A DNA stretch of 60,947 nucleotides, filler included, from Nemertoderma westbladi (Eukaryota > Animalia > Xenacoelomorpha), in the NCBI GenBank assembly GCA_032718475.1. It is 3 parts of 3 records of this genome, joined end to end, with 100 filler letters (N's around TTAATTAATTAA, not from the genome) between each part and the next. Parts side by side here need not be neighbours in the genome. Positions count along the whole stretch, not along the records: positions 1 to 15,022 come from JAUCBJ010000380.1; 2 more parts are not named here. One strand, 5' to 3'. Positions 1 through 13,060 of this stretch are shown one piece after another. The number at the start of each line of letters is the position of its first letter. Position 1 is the stretch's first letter. The notes below the pieces were generated by a model that was not told where the DNA came from, did not search any database, and saw only the letters and a list, made by a program, of their open reading frames with translations. The position numbers and the translations under genes are program-made.

Positions 1-907
1 AGTCTGTCGGGGCTCAGGGAACGTCGTCGCCGGTTCCGGGGAGTGACGCCTCACGGACGCCGTCAACAGAGTCGACTAGAGGACGACTGGTGTATCTGGG
101 CAGAGGGCGAAAGAGAGGAGCGAGCCCGAAGAACCCAGGAGCGGGTTGTTAATGCATCGTATCACAGGGCGACAGACTCTAGATATATACATCATCGTCG
201 CTCTGATGTATATTGTAGCATTTTAGAAATATCCGACTAGACTCATATACACTAGTTGCATAATTATTTGAATTTATATTATGAGAGAGGCGAAGGAAGT
301 GATTGGGGAGACAAACCTGCGGGTTTGGCTTACTCCTTTCACTTGTCCTAGCAATCATCAAACCAAGATGATTTGTGTTTTTTATAAGAAATTAAGTAAA
401 GTCCGAAAATGAAAGAAATTATTACGTATTTTATATTTAATTTGATTATCGGCCTTTAATGCAATTTAGTTAAAAATTTAGCCTCAAATACGTTTATATT
501 TAGTTTATCTTGTTAATATTGCTTGTTAATTTGAGATGGGAAATGGGGGACATTGTCCTAGCCATGTTTCATTTCAATATGTAGATCGTCAATTTGTAAG
601 TAAATAAAGGAAGTAATATTTTGTAATTTAATTTTGTATGTAGTAATCATTATGTAGTAAGAATGAACGAGAAACAATATTTTGTAAATTTAATTTGTAT
701 GTAATAATCGTTAAACAGTGAGAGAGATAATATTTGTAATTTTAATTTGTATGTAAATTCATTATGCAATATCTATGGCAATATTTGTAAATAGTAGAAT
801 TATTATGTTATTTAGATTGGTTGGAAGAAATTTATTTTGTTTTGTATACATCACCTTATACTCTTCTACAATTGGAGGGAAACATTGTATGATTTCCCTT
901 GGAGCGG
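1..907 (+). mobile_element. 3' internal end of an LTR retrotransposon (ORF tail, AT-rich repetitive 3' UTR, PPT-like GGAGCGG)
   Basis: ORF ending at 240, AT-rich region with recurring AATATTTTGTAA-like units, small hairpin AGGGAAA..TTTCCCT, then GGAGCGG (901-907) directly before TGTTAC. Same PPT-like heptamer and layout as the BEL element end at ~26617. Confidence 0.45.
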
Positions 908-1930
908 TGTTACGGTATATGGCGCTGTATCCATAATATTAGTCATCATGCAGTATGCAATATTAGTCCGTTATGCAGTATGCAATATTAGTCCGTTATA
1001 CTGTATGTAATATTAGTCCGTTGTGCAGCATGATATTTTAGATAAGGCATAATAACGCAGTGGTATTTAGGTAAGGAAGTTAAAACGCCCATATATTTTG
1101 CATCCATTCATTTTGTATAGTATGTAGCCCTACCTACGTAATTTTGTATTAGGATATGTAGATAGTCCCAGGGTAGCAAGTTTATTCGGACCCTGGATTC
1201 TGTGCTTGCTGATATTAGTTTGATAGGGCTAGCATATAGGGACGCTGTCCTGGCCATTCAGCAGCCAGAGACGTGATCCATTACCATATATGGTAATAAT
1301 TTGAGGGCATAGGGCTACAATCCGGTCTCCTTATTGGATTAACTGCTTCCAGGTTGGTTTAATGCTAGCATGGACTGGAGAGCCAATAGGAGAGCGATTG
1401 AGTCACCCTATTGCATCACCCATCGGATCACCTATAAATTGGCGGTGTGCCGGTAGAGCCCAATCTGTTACTGTTCACATGATCACCTCACATGATCTGC
1501 TATCACCTTGTACTTGCTGAGCTGTCTCTATTCAATTTTTAGCGTATTTTCTGCAATTTACTAAATTTGATTAATTTCTTGAAATGCTTTGCTAGTGCGA
1601 TTATCTTTGATTGTGTTTCTCAATTAATTCCTTCGATTACTGCTAATTACAACTGAACTATGATTTCTACCTTTTGATTAATGGTTCTATGTGATTCTTT
1701 TCTGCGCAATAATCCTAAGGGATTCCTGAGACTGTCAGACTTTGTGATTTGCATGCGCCGCTACGGTAGCTATTAGCATCATGGAGGGCTAAGGTGCCAG
1801 TGGGCGGTGGGCGCATCGGGGGGTTGAGCGACTAGGAGAGAGCGGAGGATTCAAAGCGGGCAACGCTGGCCAGAGTCACCGTTGCGGGCGGGTAACTTGC
1901 ACTGCGGCACGCAGACCGATCGCCGGAACA
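908..1930 (+). mobile_element. Putative LTR (~1.0 kb, TG...ACA)
   Basis: Starts TGTTAC after the PPT-like tract; contains CCAAT (~1383) and TATAAA (~1433); ends GGAACA followed by AGGGGGCTGATGATCC, reminiscent of the tRNA-Pro PBS TGGGGGCTCGTCCGGGAT. No second copy in the window confirms the boundaries. Confidence 0.4.
936..1035. repeat. 25-bp tandem repeat x4 (TATTAGTCCGTTATGCAGTATGCAA) in the putative U3
   Basis: Four degenerate units read directly. Confidence 0.8.
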
Positions 1931-3060
1931 GTATCTAGGGGGCTGATGATCCAGGTTTTGTCTCTATTTAGTATTAGGGGGGCAGGAATTGGGTTAGTTA
2001 GGAATCCTAGATGTACCCGGGAGAGGCCTGCGCGTATTAAAACGTTGAGTGTGGAGTACGAGTAGTGAATTGCATAATTGTAAACTGTGATTTCTAACGC
2101 TGATTGGTGTGTTATTGAAGTGTGCCTAAGATTACGAATGCTTAGATAGGCGCTCTTTTCCTTTGATTGATTTCTATTTCTTAGTTACAATAATTAGTTA
2201 TTGATTAGGTCAAAGTAATACGGCAAATTAGGCTATTACTAGCGAAACCTGTTGCGTGATAAATTAGAATTACGTATTCTGGAACTCTTAGTAATTAGTA
2301 CGCTGTTAAATATTTGTGACTGTAACTAATTAGTAAAAATTAAGAATTAGTACGCAGCATAGCGGAGAGTAGCTAAGGTAATAATTAGTGTACTGTAAAC
2401 TATTCACGCTGAGCGGTTATTTGCATTAGCGGGCAATCAGCTAGAACGCACTATTCGGTACGCACGATACGCTAGTAATTTTGCTGGCCTAAAGCCAGTC
2501 GCGGGCAGTTTTAGACTCGGGTGGTATTACCCACGTAGAAACAGATACTGTACCATTTTGATATTTTAAATATTCTCGCATTCACACATTACGTTAGGGA
2601 ACCTCCAGTATTCGCGATTAGAAAGACGTAGGTAATAGCGTGCTTTAATAGTGATAAAATTAGGCGTAAGAATACTCTGAGTGCAAGGCCTCTCGCACTC
2701 GTCTTAAGTAAGCTTAGGGAGCCGACTCGGGTTTATTGTTTTGGTTATTCCCGCGTGGCTCATAGATTCGAACAGTTAGCTCTCTATCGAGCGATCGGTA
2801 GAGAAAGGAACAAGCGATTTTGCAGGAGTTGTGTAAAATTAGTAAAATATATTAGTGGACGGCAGATTAGCGCCATCTAACGGTAAGTAGCGGTTCTGTA
2901 TTTAGCAACCCTTACAATTTAGTAATAGCACGCTCCTGATCCCCTTTACTTAACAGTAGAGCAGTCTTTGTGTCTTATTGGTTAGGCGAGAGCTCATTAG
3001 GTTGACAGAAGGATATTAACGGGTATTGGTCTGTTCAACAGTTCTGCTGTTAGTATAGAG
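1931..3060 (+). mobile_element. Non-coding leader of an LTR element; diverged homolog at 41890-43050 (minus)
   Basis: Shared blocks such as ATTGTTTTGGTTAT..GTGGCT.ATA.ATTCGAACAGTTAGCTCTCT (2735-2785 vs reverse of 42130-42182) and TTCTATTTCTTAGTT. Confidence 0.55.
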
Positions 3061-3067
3061 GTCGCGG

Positions 3068-5245
3068 TTGTTTATCAACTTACAATCATATGCAAACGAG
3101 TGTAGTAGATTATTAGGTAATTTACGGTTTGAAGACTCATTCTATAATTGTTTGGATACAAAATGTACGGTGCATAATGTGCAAACTGATAATTTATATG
3201 ATGAAATAGCTTGTATACTACATTTATCATCCGAATTATATATTAAAAAGCCTAAATTGCAAAAAGGGGATGGCACCACTCATATTCCAGGGTGGAATGA
3301 ATATGTGAAGGAGAAATATGAGGACTCAAGGGTTAAATTTAAATTATGGAGGGCCTGTGGGTCACCCCGACAGGGGCTTATTCACGGTAATTACCTTCGG
3401 GCTAAAGCGTCCTTTAAGCTTTAAGCGTTAAGAACATGTAAAATAATGAAGAAGGGGCACGTAGCGACCGAATGGCGCAATCATTGTTACGTGGGGCCAA
3501 ACCGAAAGAATTCTGGGATCAGGTTAAAAGAAAATGTGCCAACCCCGCTCCACACCCCAGTAAGATTGGAGATGCAATAGGCGCAACAAATATTAGTGAA
3601 ATGTGGAAGTCTCATTTTTCTAGCTTGTATAATTGTGTAAACGATGATTCAAAAAATAATATTGTGTTTAACAAGTTAAAAGATATAAAGTTTAACAGAG
3701 GTGATGTAGTAACTGTAAATGAAGTATTCACTGCAATTAATGATTTAAATTGCGGCAAGGCTGTCGGTTCAGACTATCTGTCTGCTGAGCATTTAGTTCA
3801 TGGTTGTAGCTTTAACTTGTTATCTTCTTTTTCTATACTTTTTACAGCTATACTAGTGCATGGTTATTTACCAAGTAAAATAATTGAATCCGCATTATTT
3901 CCAATTGTTAAGGATAAATTGGGTGATGTGACTAGTAAGGATAACTACAGGGGTATCGCTGTATCATCTGTAATAGGTAAAGTTTTAGAGATTATTATTT
4001 TAAATAGATGCATTAATTTGTTAACTACTACTGATAACCAATTTGGTTTCAAACCTGGACTTGGGACTGAAACCTGTGTTTTCGCATTAAAAGAGATCAT
4101 TAATTACTACTTGTCCTTAAATACACCTGTTTATATATGCATGTTGGATTCTTCTAAGGCGTTCGATCGTGTAAATCATTTTGTGCTATTTAACAAACTA
4201 TTAGATAGGGCTATTCCACCTTATATATATAGTGCGTATCTTAGTATTTTGGTATAGGAACAGAATTTATTCATATATTAGGCTGGCCATAAGTCATCAA
4301 ATTTTAAGGTCACTAACGGTACCAAACAAGGTGGTGTGCTCAGTCCCACTTTATACAATGTGTACATGGATGACTTGAGTAAGCAATTTACGGATTCTGG
4401 TATAGGCCGCTCAATGGGTGACACTAGAACAAACCATTTGGGATATGCTGATGACCTTTGTCTATTGTCGACATCTATTTTTGGTTTACAGTGTCAGATT
4501 GATATAGCTGACAAGTATGCAAATAACAATTCCGTCACCTTTAATTTGAAGAAATCTAAAAATGTTTATATTTTATACCTAAGTCGAGTAGCGTTACTAA
4601 ATATGCTAGTGTGTTTCTATATAATAAACCTATTGAAGTTGTTGAGCAGTTTACTTATTTAGGCCACTTGCTACATAGCAGTACGGACGATGACCCTCAT
4701 ATAAAAAGGCAAACTAGATCTCTTTATGCCAGGGGCAATCTATTAGTAAGAAAGTTCGGTTCTTGCAATATTATTGTAAAACGACTATTATTTCGTGCAT
4801 TTTGCACGCCGATCTATTGTATTGTAATGCTCTGTGGTCTGGGAGAAACTTTTCAAATAGTGTGTACAATATAAAATACGTGTAGCTTACAACAATTGTT
4901 TTAGAATGCTGTTTAATATACCTAGGGTAACAGATGGGGAAGCAACGAGTATGTCTCTCCATTTTGGAATACATAATTTCCCGTTATTTAGTCACTTACA
5001 CTATGATTCGATTAACAGTTTAAGTAGGAGGGTAGGGAAAACCTCTAATTTAGTACTATGTGCAGTTAATAATATTTGCCGTATATCGGGTACCTTAATC
5101 GGGAGAAAATAATATTTAAATAAATACAACTTTTTGTGCTAATCTATTAATGTAATTTACCGGTGTCTGTTTGTATATCTGTGTATTGTAATTATGTATT
5201 GTGTTCCTGTCACTTTATGGGCTGTTAGCCTGGATTAAACGAAAC
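3068..5245 (+). pseudogene. 5'-truncated degenerate non-LTR retrotransposon ORF2 (RT; RTE-X/CR1-group-like, clade uncertain)
   Basis: Consecutive ORFs with IPGWNEYVK, NYRGIAV, QFGFK, DSSKAFDRV, GTKQGGVLSP, YADD, FTYLG; several stops and frameshifts; 3' UTR ends ~5245. Confidence 0.9.
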
Positions 5246-5357
5246 AATATCCAGTCATGTAGCAATTTGCCGGAACCTGGACTCTCTATGCCACCATCAT
5301 CTCATCTTCCACAGAAGCGATGCTCTGTATTATTTTCAATGAAGCGGAAAGCATTAA

Positions 5358-6919
5358 CCCTATTAAACCCGGGGGGGGGGGGGGGGTCAATATGACCCCC
5401 CCCCCGTGGTTTTTTTATTATAATTCTGAAACAAACGCAGTTGGGAATCTGAAATTTTATGACTTTTCCTAAAAATCTATTGTCTTCCTAGTAGTGAAAA
5501 CCGTTTTCAAAAATATTGGGTACTTTTCGAGTTATAGCACCATTTTTTAACCCTACTTTTGGCACTTTTTTTTGAGACGTTTTTTGAAAATTACATTTCA
5601 ATAAATATGAATTGTAACATCTCTATTTTTGATTTACACCGGTTTTTTGGTGTTAGAAATTTGATGGAATTCATATAAATTGATTTAGAAATTTCAAACT
5701 TGTTTTTTTCGGTGGGTGCCAAATTTTGGTGCCAGCACCAAATTTTGAAATAAGTCAATTTTGTAAATTGATTGTTTGAAACTTGTTTTTTACGCTATTG
5801 GGGTTTTTTGGGGTTCTGGATTCGATGAAATATATACGAGTTGCACCAAGCGTATCAAACTTGTATTTTTCGGTGCTGTGTGCAAATTTTGGTGCTAGCA
5901 CGAAATTTTGAAAATCCATTCAATAGATAAAATTGCTTGTGACAATTTATTTCTTGCGTTTTAGAGGTTTATGGCTGTTCTGAATTCAATGGAAAATATA
6001 ATTATCGAAGTAGACATCTCAAACTTGTATTTTTCGGATGTGGGTGCAAAATGTGGTGCTAGCACCAAATTTTGAAAACCATCACATATATCAATTGATA
6101 GTGTCACCTTGTTTCTTGCGTTATACGGGTTTGTGATGGTTCTGAATTCAATGGAATCAGTAAAAATTTCAAAAGAGTTCTCAAACTTGTATTTTTCGCC
6201 GGTGGGTGAAAATTGTTGTGCCAGCACCAAATTTTGGAAAATATGCAAATTGATCAGTAGATAGTATCACCTTGTTTCTTGCGTTATACGGGTTTATGAG
6301 GGTCCTGAATCCGATAGAATCAATAAAAACAGCACTGGACATTGCAAACTTGTACTTTTTGGTGATGGGTACGAAATTTGTTGCTAGCACCAAAATTTGC
6401 CAAATTACGCCGAAAAATACAAGTAGCAATGATCTGGCATATTAGAAATGTATTCCATTAGAATCAGCGCCCTCGAAAACCTGAAAATATGAATTTATAG
6501 CATCGTATAAGTGAATTAAAAATTTTGTGTTCTAACTGAAAAGTGCTGGTTACTTGTTTTTTTCATTTTTTTCCTACGCAGAGAGGACTAAACAGCCATT
6601 TATAGTAATCATATCATTTTTAAATATTTTCCAATGTATTTTGCACCCCAAAAAACCTGTATTGAAAAATAATTAGCCGAAAATGTAACTTTCAAATTTT
6701 GTGAAAATTGTGCACTACTTGTAATTTTGGTGCTGCAATATAACCACCCCAGTACATTTTTTCGAAATTTTTTTTTTGGTCGGATCCAGGCAAGTGATAC
6801 CTACATACAAACAAAAAATCAGACGTTTTCGTAAATATTTGTAGATTTTAGAGGGGGGGGGGTCAATATGACCCCCCCCCGGTATTTGTACAACATTTTA
6901 TAGCCCGGTACTAATAGGG
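5358..6919 (+). mobile_element. Non-autonomous piggyBac-type element, copy 1 (~1.56 kb)
   Basis: TTAA at 5354-5357 and 6920-6923; termini CCCTATTA...TAATAGGG; subterminal GGGGGTCAATATGACCCCC at both ends; near-identical copies at 20830-22380 and 31919-33466. Confidence 0.92.
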
Positions 6920-7038
6920 TTAAAGATTATGGAAGATGCTGCAGGGAATAACAGTGGGCGGATTCTTAAAATTGCACTTCAGAAATCCAGAAGGTTGTTA
7001 ATATATCGCCATGGATGGCCCAACGAATTTGGCTAAAG

Positions 7039-7473
7039 GGGGCCGTCCAAGTATGACGTCTGCACTTTTCCCCAAAATGTTGACCCCCTCCCTCCCCTAA
7101 ATCAGATGTCATCAGATAGGCGTAGACCCCCCCCCCCCCCCCCTAAATCAGATTTAAAAAAAAATTTTGTAATAAACTATTATATTATGAAGATTATTTA
7201 TAATCACTTCTAAATCATTCAAATCGTCCTAATCACTGAAACATGGTGACTGGTAACTGAAACAGAAGGTCGTGCTACGGGCCTTCGGGGGCTTCGAACA
7301 ATTAAAATAGGCAAGCTATTTACTCTTCTGCTATATCTCTCCTAGCACCTATAAATGAACTTGCTGACGTCAGATTTTGGCTGACCCCCTCCCCTCCCTT
7401 CATCAGCACGTCATCAGATTTTCCCAACCCCCCTCCCCCCCCTAAAGTGCTGACGTCATACTTGGACGGCCCC
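7039..7473. mobile_element. PIF/Harbinger-like MITE (435 bp)
   Basis: 22-bp perfect TIR GGGGCCGTCCAAGTATGACGTC / GACGTCATACTTGGACGGCCCC; 3-bp TSD AAG on both sides. Confidence 0.85.
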
Positions 7474-8574
7474 AAGGTGGAAAATGTTTAAGGTGTCTGT
7501 CTCGACATGGTACCATTATAAAAAAGTTTCTTTTTTCTTTTTGCTAATTCTAAACCAGAATTTAATGTAGATTTCGAAAATCCAAGTTCTGAAATTTGAC
7601 TGTCAGTGGTTCAAAAGTTACGAAGCAATTACTGAGGACTGGACCAATGAGGAATTTAGAGATTTTGCACTGTTTCAGTAAAATTTAGTAGTAAGTAAAG
7701 ATAACATTATAGCTTGGATAATAATTATAATAAATTGTGGGAAATTTGATTTATGATATTCGAAACTACTGAGTACCGTTTACCGTACAGTATACAGATT
7801 ACCTGATTCAGTTGACATTGACATTGATTGAGATTTGTTGTGTACAGGTACTGATCGAATCGATGCCTCCAAATAATGTCTACAAAAGATGTTCCTTTCA
7901 TGGAAATCAATTTAGTAAACCTACAAAACAACCAGGTAAGTCCATATGTATAAACTGATAAATCAACAGAATGCAGTAATTTGTATCATGCATGACTCAG
8001 CAAAATGTTGTGATCTAGTGGACAAATTTAATCACTATGGATTGTCCGGTAGTCAAAATCGATTCTTGTAAAAATATTACTGAAATCTTTCTAGCACTAA
8101 TTATAACTTTAGTCCCTGTGACATTAGGATGTGCAGTGCATATGCAGGCATATAATTTGAATACAGATGGGTAGGCACGGTTGAACACTGCAGGGTAGGC
8201 CAGGCCTATACTACGCCTATACGACTAATATGCCTACATGTGTTATAATTTTATACAGATCTACTCTCAGACTGTGCCACATTTTATTATATATGTAGCA
8301 GCAATTTGAAACATGCATTGTATACAAAAGTATAATAATTTATTATTTCTAACACAAGTTACTAGTAATAGAACATAGAATAAGTCAGGTAAATATTCAT
8401 ATAGGCCTATATCCTTGTTATTATCGGTATACTCTGTTATATACTTAGCATACTTTCTATATAAATTAATTACAGAATCATTATAGGCCTAGTATATATA
8501 TATATTGTTCTATTATTTTTTTTCAGATAAAACATCTGAGCAGTCATTTTCAAGTAGTTCCACACCATCGACAA

Positions 8575-10130
8575 GTGCAAGTCAAGGAAAGTTCGGGGAA
8601 ACCCGAACTCTCACCGAACTTCTCTACTCTCGCCTCCCGCTCCTCGCGCTCATTTATCTCTCTCTCTCCTCCTGCTCCCTATAGTTTCTCGCCACCCTCT
8701 CGGCCCTCTCTTTACACTCTCTCGCTAATTCTCTCTCCCTCTCCAATAGTGCAGTTCCCTTGTCTAATTGCTTCTCCAACTCCTTCTGATCCAGCGCCAT
8801 AATATCTAGTTGATACGCCAGATCTATCTCTAACACCCTTCTTGCTTTTGCGGAGGATGTAGCGGACTTATCGGTCGCGACGGACTTCCGTCACCTCTCT
8901 GTCCTACTAACTTTCCCCCGTTTTCTGGGGTTCTCGCTAACCAACGACACCGAATCCTCGGGGTTAACCTCGGGTTCGCCGTCGTGCGGGTCCGCCCATC
9001 CCACTAACTTAATTCCCCTTGCATCCACTAAGTAAGGCCCTACTCGTACACTACGTCTGGCTCCATTACCCCGGACCGCCACAATTCAAACAGTTCCGTG
9101 GCAACCACCCTCACTGTCTCACTCGCCAGTTCTCTCTGTCCAAAACGGACTAAATAGCGAAAATGTTTATTTGACTCACCTAGCCTCTGGTATAGTTTAG
9201 GCTGGTCTACCTTTCTCCCCTCCTTGGCCTCTTTGAGTAGTTTCTTGGTGGTGTTGTAGGCCCGTCATAGCCGATCACTCGTCCCGACGTCCTCTTTGTC
9301 GACTTTACCTTCTCTCCTCGTCCGGCGTCGTACCAGCGGCCCCACCGTCGCCATTCCGGTGGGCCGTCCGTCGCCCTCGGCCTGTGGCTGGCCGGTGACT
9401 TCGGTACTCCGACCGCCGTCGTCGTCATGCGTCGACTCGTCTCTCTCTCGTGGTTGACGGCCACCCTCCGCTTGGGTAGCTGGATCGTCCCTCGTTGGCG
9501 AATCCGGCATGGCGGGCTGATACCGTCTCATCGCAGCCTCTCGGATCGTTTGGTTGGTCACTGTGACGGGATCATAGATCCCGACTGGGTTAGATTTTGT
9601 ACGCGTCACCGTTCCGCTGGAGCTGTTGTACTACAGTCGTTTTGGCTGAAGGCCGTTGGGGAAATAATAGTGTTTGTGTTTCTCAATATTAATATTCCGA
9701 ATGATAATAGCACAGAATCAGTATGTAATGAATATCACGATACAGAATGACAGCAGAAAATACACAGATATTAATTGGTGATGTTGGTGGCAGTGACGGT
9801 CATAAACTATGACCGGTCTGCAACTCTGTGATTAATGAACTGACCGGTAAATCAGTAATACAGAATAATATATGATTGATATATACAGATATTGGTTTCA
9901 CCTCTTACTCTACTTGGCCTTCTGTACCCAGTGGATGCTTTCCTATCTCTGTTCACATGCTTCCCTCCCTGCTATTGGCTAATATACTAATTATCACTTT
10001 GGCACTCCCTGTGAGTGTTTCCCCCGCCGCTAGCCTCTACTAGCTGTGTTCTCCCTCCGAGGTGGTTTGACCTCTCACCTCTCGCTGTGGCTTTAGGGCT
10101 TGTGTCGCCCCCCCCCCCCCAAGTTGGTTA
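8575..10130 (-). mobile_element. Possible 5' part of an LTR retrotransposon (LTR-like segment, GC-rich leader, broken gag-like coiled coil)
   Basis: GC-rich island; minus-strand E/R-rich coiled-coil ORF fragment (8654-8836); possible LTR end at ~9598 next to a GGGATC..GATCCC hairpin. No diagnostic domain. Confidence 0.3.
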
Positions 10131-10149
10131 TGAGGCGAGATTATTATTG

Positions 10150-11730
10150 GTAATCTTGTATCCCCAACTATATTGATAAAATGCCACTGGTCCCATTCTC
10201 GGGTGGATAATGCATCGGAATTGAATCCGCTTACACAGAAACAGTTCCTGTATACCCTTGAAACAGGAAAAGGGCCCCCTGGACCAACACCAAAATTCAG
10301 AAGTGCCGAAATGACCTCTACAAGGCGCAGAAAGAGTCCCGACTCAAACAGACTACAGAATGCCAAGAATGCAGTTAAGGCTGCATCTAGGTCCCTAACA
10401 GGCAGTACTCTGTTAATCTACAGGAGCTAATAAACCAACATGTTGATGCCATCAATGATGCTGACAACAGTAGGCAATCATCACAGGCATGGAAATCGAT
10501 CAACTTGTTTACTGGGTGGAAAAGCTAACCAACCACAAAGGTTAAGGCTGAATCACCAGCTGATCGCCTCAATGGTTGGAAGGCCCACTTTGAAAAGCTC
10601 CTCAATAATGACAGGGTATTGCCTGATAACTTTATAGAAGTAAAAGTGTCTTGAGTCTGTACTCCCAGATATTGCCATTGGTGATATCTCCTTTGCAGAA
10701 GTGAAGGCAGCAGCAATGAGCATTAAGACCAATCGTGCCAATGGAGTAGATGGTGTTCCCACTGAGGTCTTTAAAATACCTGAGTGTTTAAAGCTCATCG
10801 ATCCCATCATAGTTGACATGTACAGAACAACAAGAGTCCTACAAGAAATGAAAACAAATAAGTTGGTGTCAGTTCCCAAGAAGGGCAACGTAACACTCTA
10901 TGGTTCTTTTCGGGGTATCTCATTGACCTCGATTGCTGCAAAGCTATACAATAGAATTCTATTAAATTGCATCAGGGATCAGATGCCATGGAGCCCATTT
11001 TGGCACTTAGAACAGATAATTGAAGAGTTATCAAAAAAAGAAAGACAGGCATCTGGCTGTTATCTTTGTTGACTTCTTCAAGGCCTTTGCTTCAGTCTCT
11101 CGCTCATGTATGTTCAGCTTACTTTCATTATATGGGATTTCTGATGAAATTATTGCAGCAATCAGATCCGTATACGATGGTTCGACAACATTTGTGTCTA
11201 CTGTTCATGGTGACACAGAACCATTTGAAGTGTTATGGGGCGTCCTCCGGGGAGACACACTTGCACCATTCTTGTTCATAATTGTGGTTGACTATGTTCT
11301 ACGCATGTCCTTAGATCATCATAATGATGATGGGGTGATGATAAACTCCACCTACTGGCTCCAGAAGTCGAGGAATTCCTGCCAAGTACCTAACTGATCC
11401 AGACTTTGCTGATGACTTAGGAGTACTCTCAGAATCACTAGAGGGAGCCCAACGGCTCCTCAGCTCATTAGAACATGCTGCTTCTAGTGTTGGTCTTTTT
11501 ATTAACTCCAGAAAGACCAAAACTTTGACAGTTAACTTTGAAAGTCCTCAGCAAGTCTCTGATCGGATGAGCATAAGCTCAAAGGATGGTATGCTTGAGC
11601 ATGTGGACGACTTCTGTTACCTGGGATCATCATCTTTGAATACGTAAAGGAATGGCATAGGCAGCCTTGAATAGGATTTCAAGGATTTAGAAGTCACTGA
11701 GAATTAATCAGAAACTTAAGGTCTGATTAT
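10150..11730 (+). pseudogene. Degenerate RTE-clade LINE ORF fragment
   Basis: ANGVDGVPTE, PKKG, FRGISL, FVDFFKAF, RGDTLAPFLF, DFADD, FCYLG; highly similar to 46040-46800. Confidence 0.88.
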
Positions 11731-11782
11731 TTATGGTATTATTGTTTATTTTTTTAAGGCAATTGCGATTAATTTTTTTGAG

Positions 11783-12253
11783 GTGCTGCGGGGTTCACGC
11801 AGGGTAAGTGGGGGAAAAAAGGCACCCAGGGTACTTGGGGAAAATTATAATAATAAAGAATGTTGTACACTTGTGAATGTATTGTTTAGTGGCTCAGCAG
11901 CTGATGGGAAGCTAAACAACCTAATGGTTATCCATAAAGCAAAGAAAATGTATGAAGGTTGCCAGGAATGTGGACCACCTGGAACAGTTTACGCTCCCAC
12001 AGTATAGAATCTGGGTGGTTTAACATGAATCAGTTTGAGACGTTCTAACTTACCCACAATTGAATATCTTCCTGGTAAGAAAATTCTTATTAGTGACAAT
12101 TTGGGATCTCATTTGTCAGTGAATGTGGTTACATCATGTATTGAGAACAACGTTCGATTTATTACTTGCCTCCAAACAGTAGATATACTTCAATCCCTTG
12201 ATGTGGATTTTTTTAAACCATGTAAGTCAGCATGGAGCAAGATACTTACCTAG
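11783..12253 (+). pseudogene. pogo/Tigger-like (DDE_1) transposase fragment
   Basis: SAADGK..LMVIHK, GPPG, SGWFN, KILISDNLGSH, ILQSLDVDFFKPCKSAW match pogo-family DDE_1 motifs (LILDNxxSH, LQPLDVxxFxPxKxxW). Confidence 0.75.
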
Positions 12254-12903
12254 CTAGATGGTGTGCCATTTTTATTTGATGAAACAGATTGTTGGATAGT
12301 CAGATAGAGCGATAGACAGACAGACAAAATATTTATAAATAATATTAAATCTAATAAAATAAATAATATCTTTAACTGAGCATTTTGGCAATTATTATGG
12401 AATCTACAAGGAAATTCTTACTTGTGAAGGCATCAAAATATGCTGAATATCTAATCAGCCATGGTCTATGTCTTGGCTTTACCAATGACATCTTTGCTTT
12501 TCCAATTTTTAATTTGAATCGATCATATATTTATAACTTCCGAGGGAGACTTTAGACTGGTGTGTTCAAGACTTGAGACTATTGATTTCGATCATCACCT
12601 TCAGTCATCTCTTGTTGAGACTGCCAATGAAACATAAATTTTTGTGATTGATGACTTTGACAGGATAATTAGCTAAAGGACTTTAAATAGAAGAAAACTA
12701 AATCAAAATAACTTTGTTTCATTGAGGCACCGTTTTTGATTAGAAAAAGGTACCAGTACTATGTTAATGTATGTATTAATTACACTTAACACCACTTTGC
12801 TTTCAAACTGTGTATAGCCTATATAGTTGCATTACTGGTAATTGATAAATGTTTCAATTGGATTAGATCTCTGTTTGTTATAATATAATATAATACATTT
12901 GAA

Positions 12904-13060
12904 ATGAAAGATTTAAGAGGATTTCTAAGAGGATATTGCAAAGAATGTGGTGAAGATGAGTGCTTCGACTATATAAAACCTGTTGATGATACAGCAAGCC
13001 AAAACTGTACATATTGCCAATGCCCCCCTATGAAGCACATTAAGCAAATATTACAAGTTA
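12904..13060 (+). other. Short Cys/His-rich ORF start (RGYCKECGEDEC...CTYCQCPPMKH), possible first exon or TE protein relic
   Basis: ATG-initiated ORF with clustered C/H residues; no further recognisable domain. Confidence 0.3.

Noticed and set aside
5961-6429. Recurrent small ORFs in the piggyBac-type MITE copies
   Set aside because: No transposase motifs, mostly non-ATG starts and variable between copies; by-products of the 163-bp repeat.
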